In this document: in pieces, positions 63,464-64,000 of the stretch
How the letters are laid out: every line of letters begins with the position of its first letter
How positions within the stretch are numbered: the first letter of the stretch is position 1
From: Meyerozyma guilliermondii
Lineage: Eukaryota
Direction: 5' to 3'
Assembly (NCBI GenBank): GCA_051546255.1
Contig: CP128822.1
Location: forward strand, 310,001-374,000
Length of the DNA: 64,000 nt
The notes under the pieces: model-generated
What the model was told of the DNA's origin: nothing
Databases searched by the model: none
Seen by the model: the letters and a program-made list of their open reading frames with translations, nothing else
Made by a program: the position numbers and the translations under genes

Positions 63464-64000
63464 CTATGAAAACCACTTTTTGATGATGCCCATATCGGAA
63501 GGATACTTCAGTAGCAATGCATTGGCATCAGCCTGGGACATAGATCCCAAAAGTTCCCTAGTAGCTACAGAAACTCTTTCTGCCGTCTCGCCAGCAATTG
63601 ATCCTTGAGCGAGAGCTTGGACAACGGAATCGAACACTTTAGGAACCTGATGAACAACTGAGGGATGTCGGTTTCGCACAAGCTCACTCAAAAAGGTGTA
63701 AACATATGCTGCCGCCTCATCATCTTGAACTACGGGCAAGAGACATACCCATTGTTGCAAAAGCACATCCAAGTTTGGTACTGAGGCTCCCAAACGGTGA
63801 CAAATTTTTGCAATTGCAGCAACCGCATTTTCAGTAGCTACCGCATTCTCGTCTGCACGAGCGTCTGGAATAGAGGCCATCTTGAAAATAGGCTCGAGGC
63901 AAGCGATACAGAAATCAGAGTAAACATTGCCATTTTGAGAAGCGACACCCACGGCATAAAATGCTGCATGGCGCACACTAGCATGAGCGGAGTTCAATGA
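63464..64000 (-). CDS. PSE1: C-terminal part of karyopherin beta (Pse1/Kap121), 5'-truncated by the window
   Basis: VRHAAFYAVGV, DARADENAVATENAVAAIAKI, LPVVQDDEAA HEAT repeats. Confidence 0.82.
   Translation of the reverse strand, partial: SLNSAHASVRHAAFYAVGVASQNGNVYSDFCIACLEPIFKMASIPDARADENAVATENAVAAIAKICHRLGASVPNLDVLLQQWVCLLPVVQDDEAAAYVYTFLSELVRNRHPSVVHQVPKVFDSVVQALAQGSIAGETAERVSVATRELLGSMSQADANALLLKYPSDMGIIKKWFS

Overview
Gene-dense nuclear DNA from a budding yeast of the CUG-Ser clade. CTG falls at conserved Ser positions, so the supplied ORF track mistranslates those codons as Leu. The sequences resemble Meyerozyma guilliermondii (from recall, not verified). Left to right: MCM10; a ~3.7 kb accessory island with two divergent Klus/CSS2/KHR killer-toxin-like paralogues (one intact with hydrophobic N-terminal segments, one a decayed prepro-toxin), followed by a degenerate direct copy of the MCM10 3' end; CYP52; MYG1; a pantothenate/allantoate-family permease broken by one stop codon; two tandem HGT-type sugar porters; a SHA3/SKS1 kinase; the Candida-type GAL cluster (GAL1, GAL10, intron-containing tRNA-Arg, TRS23, GAL102, GAL7) with five TGYAACGTTRCR palindromes; TRM140; then a long block of housekeeping genes whose S. 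cerevisiae orthologues flank CEN1 and CEN7 (CUL3, SWC4, NUP60, ERG26, TFC3, EFM5, EFB1) plus the NKP2-TAD3-EST2-BUD6-MMS22-SFH1 group. Inside that block, between the convergent EFB1 and SFH1, is a 2.9 kb AT-enriched gap with no convincing gene and an apparent strand-skew switch: a strong candidate regional centromere. The two best leads are this candidate centromere and the toxin-like gene pair island.
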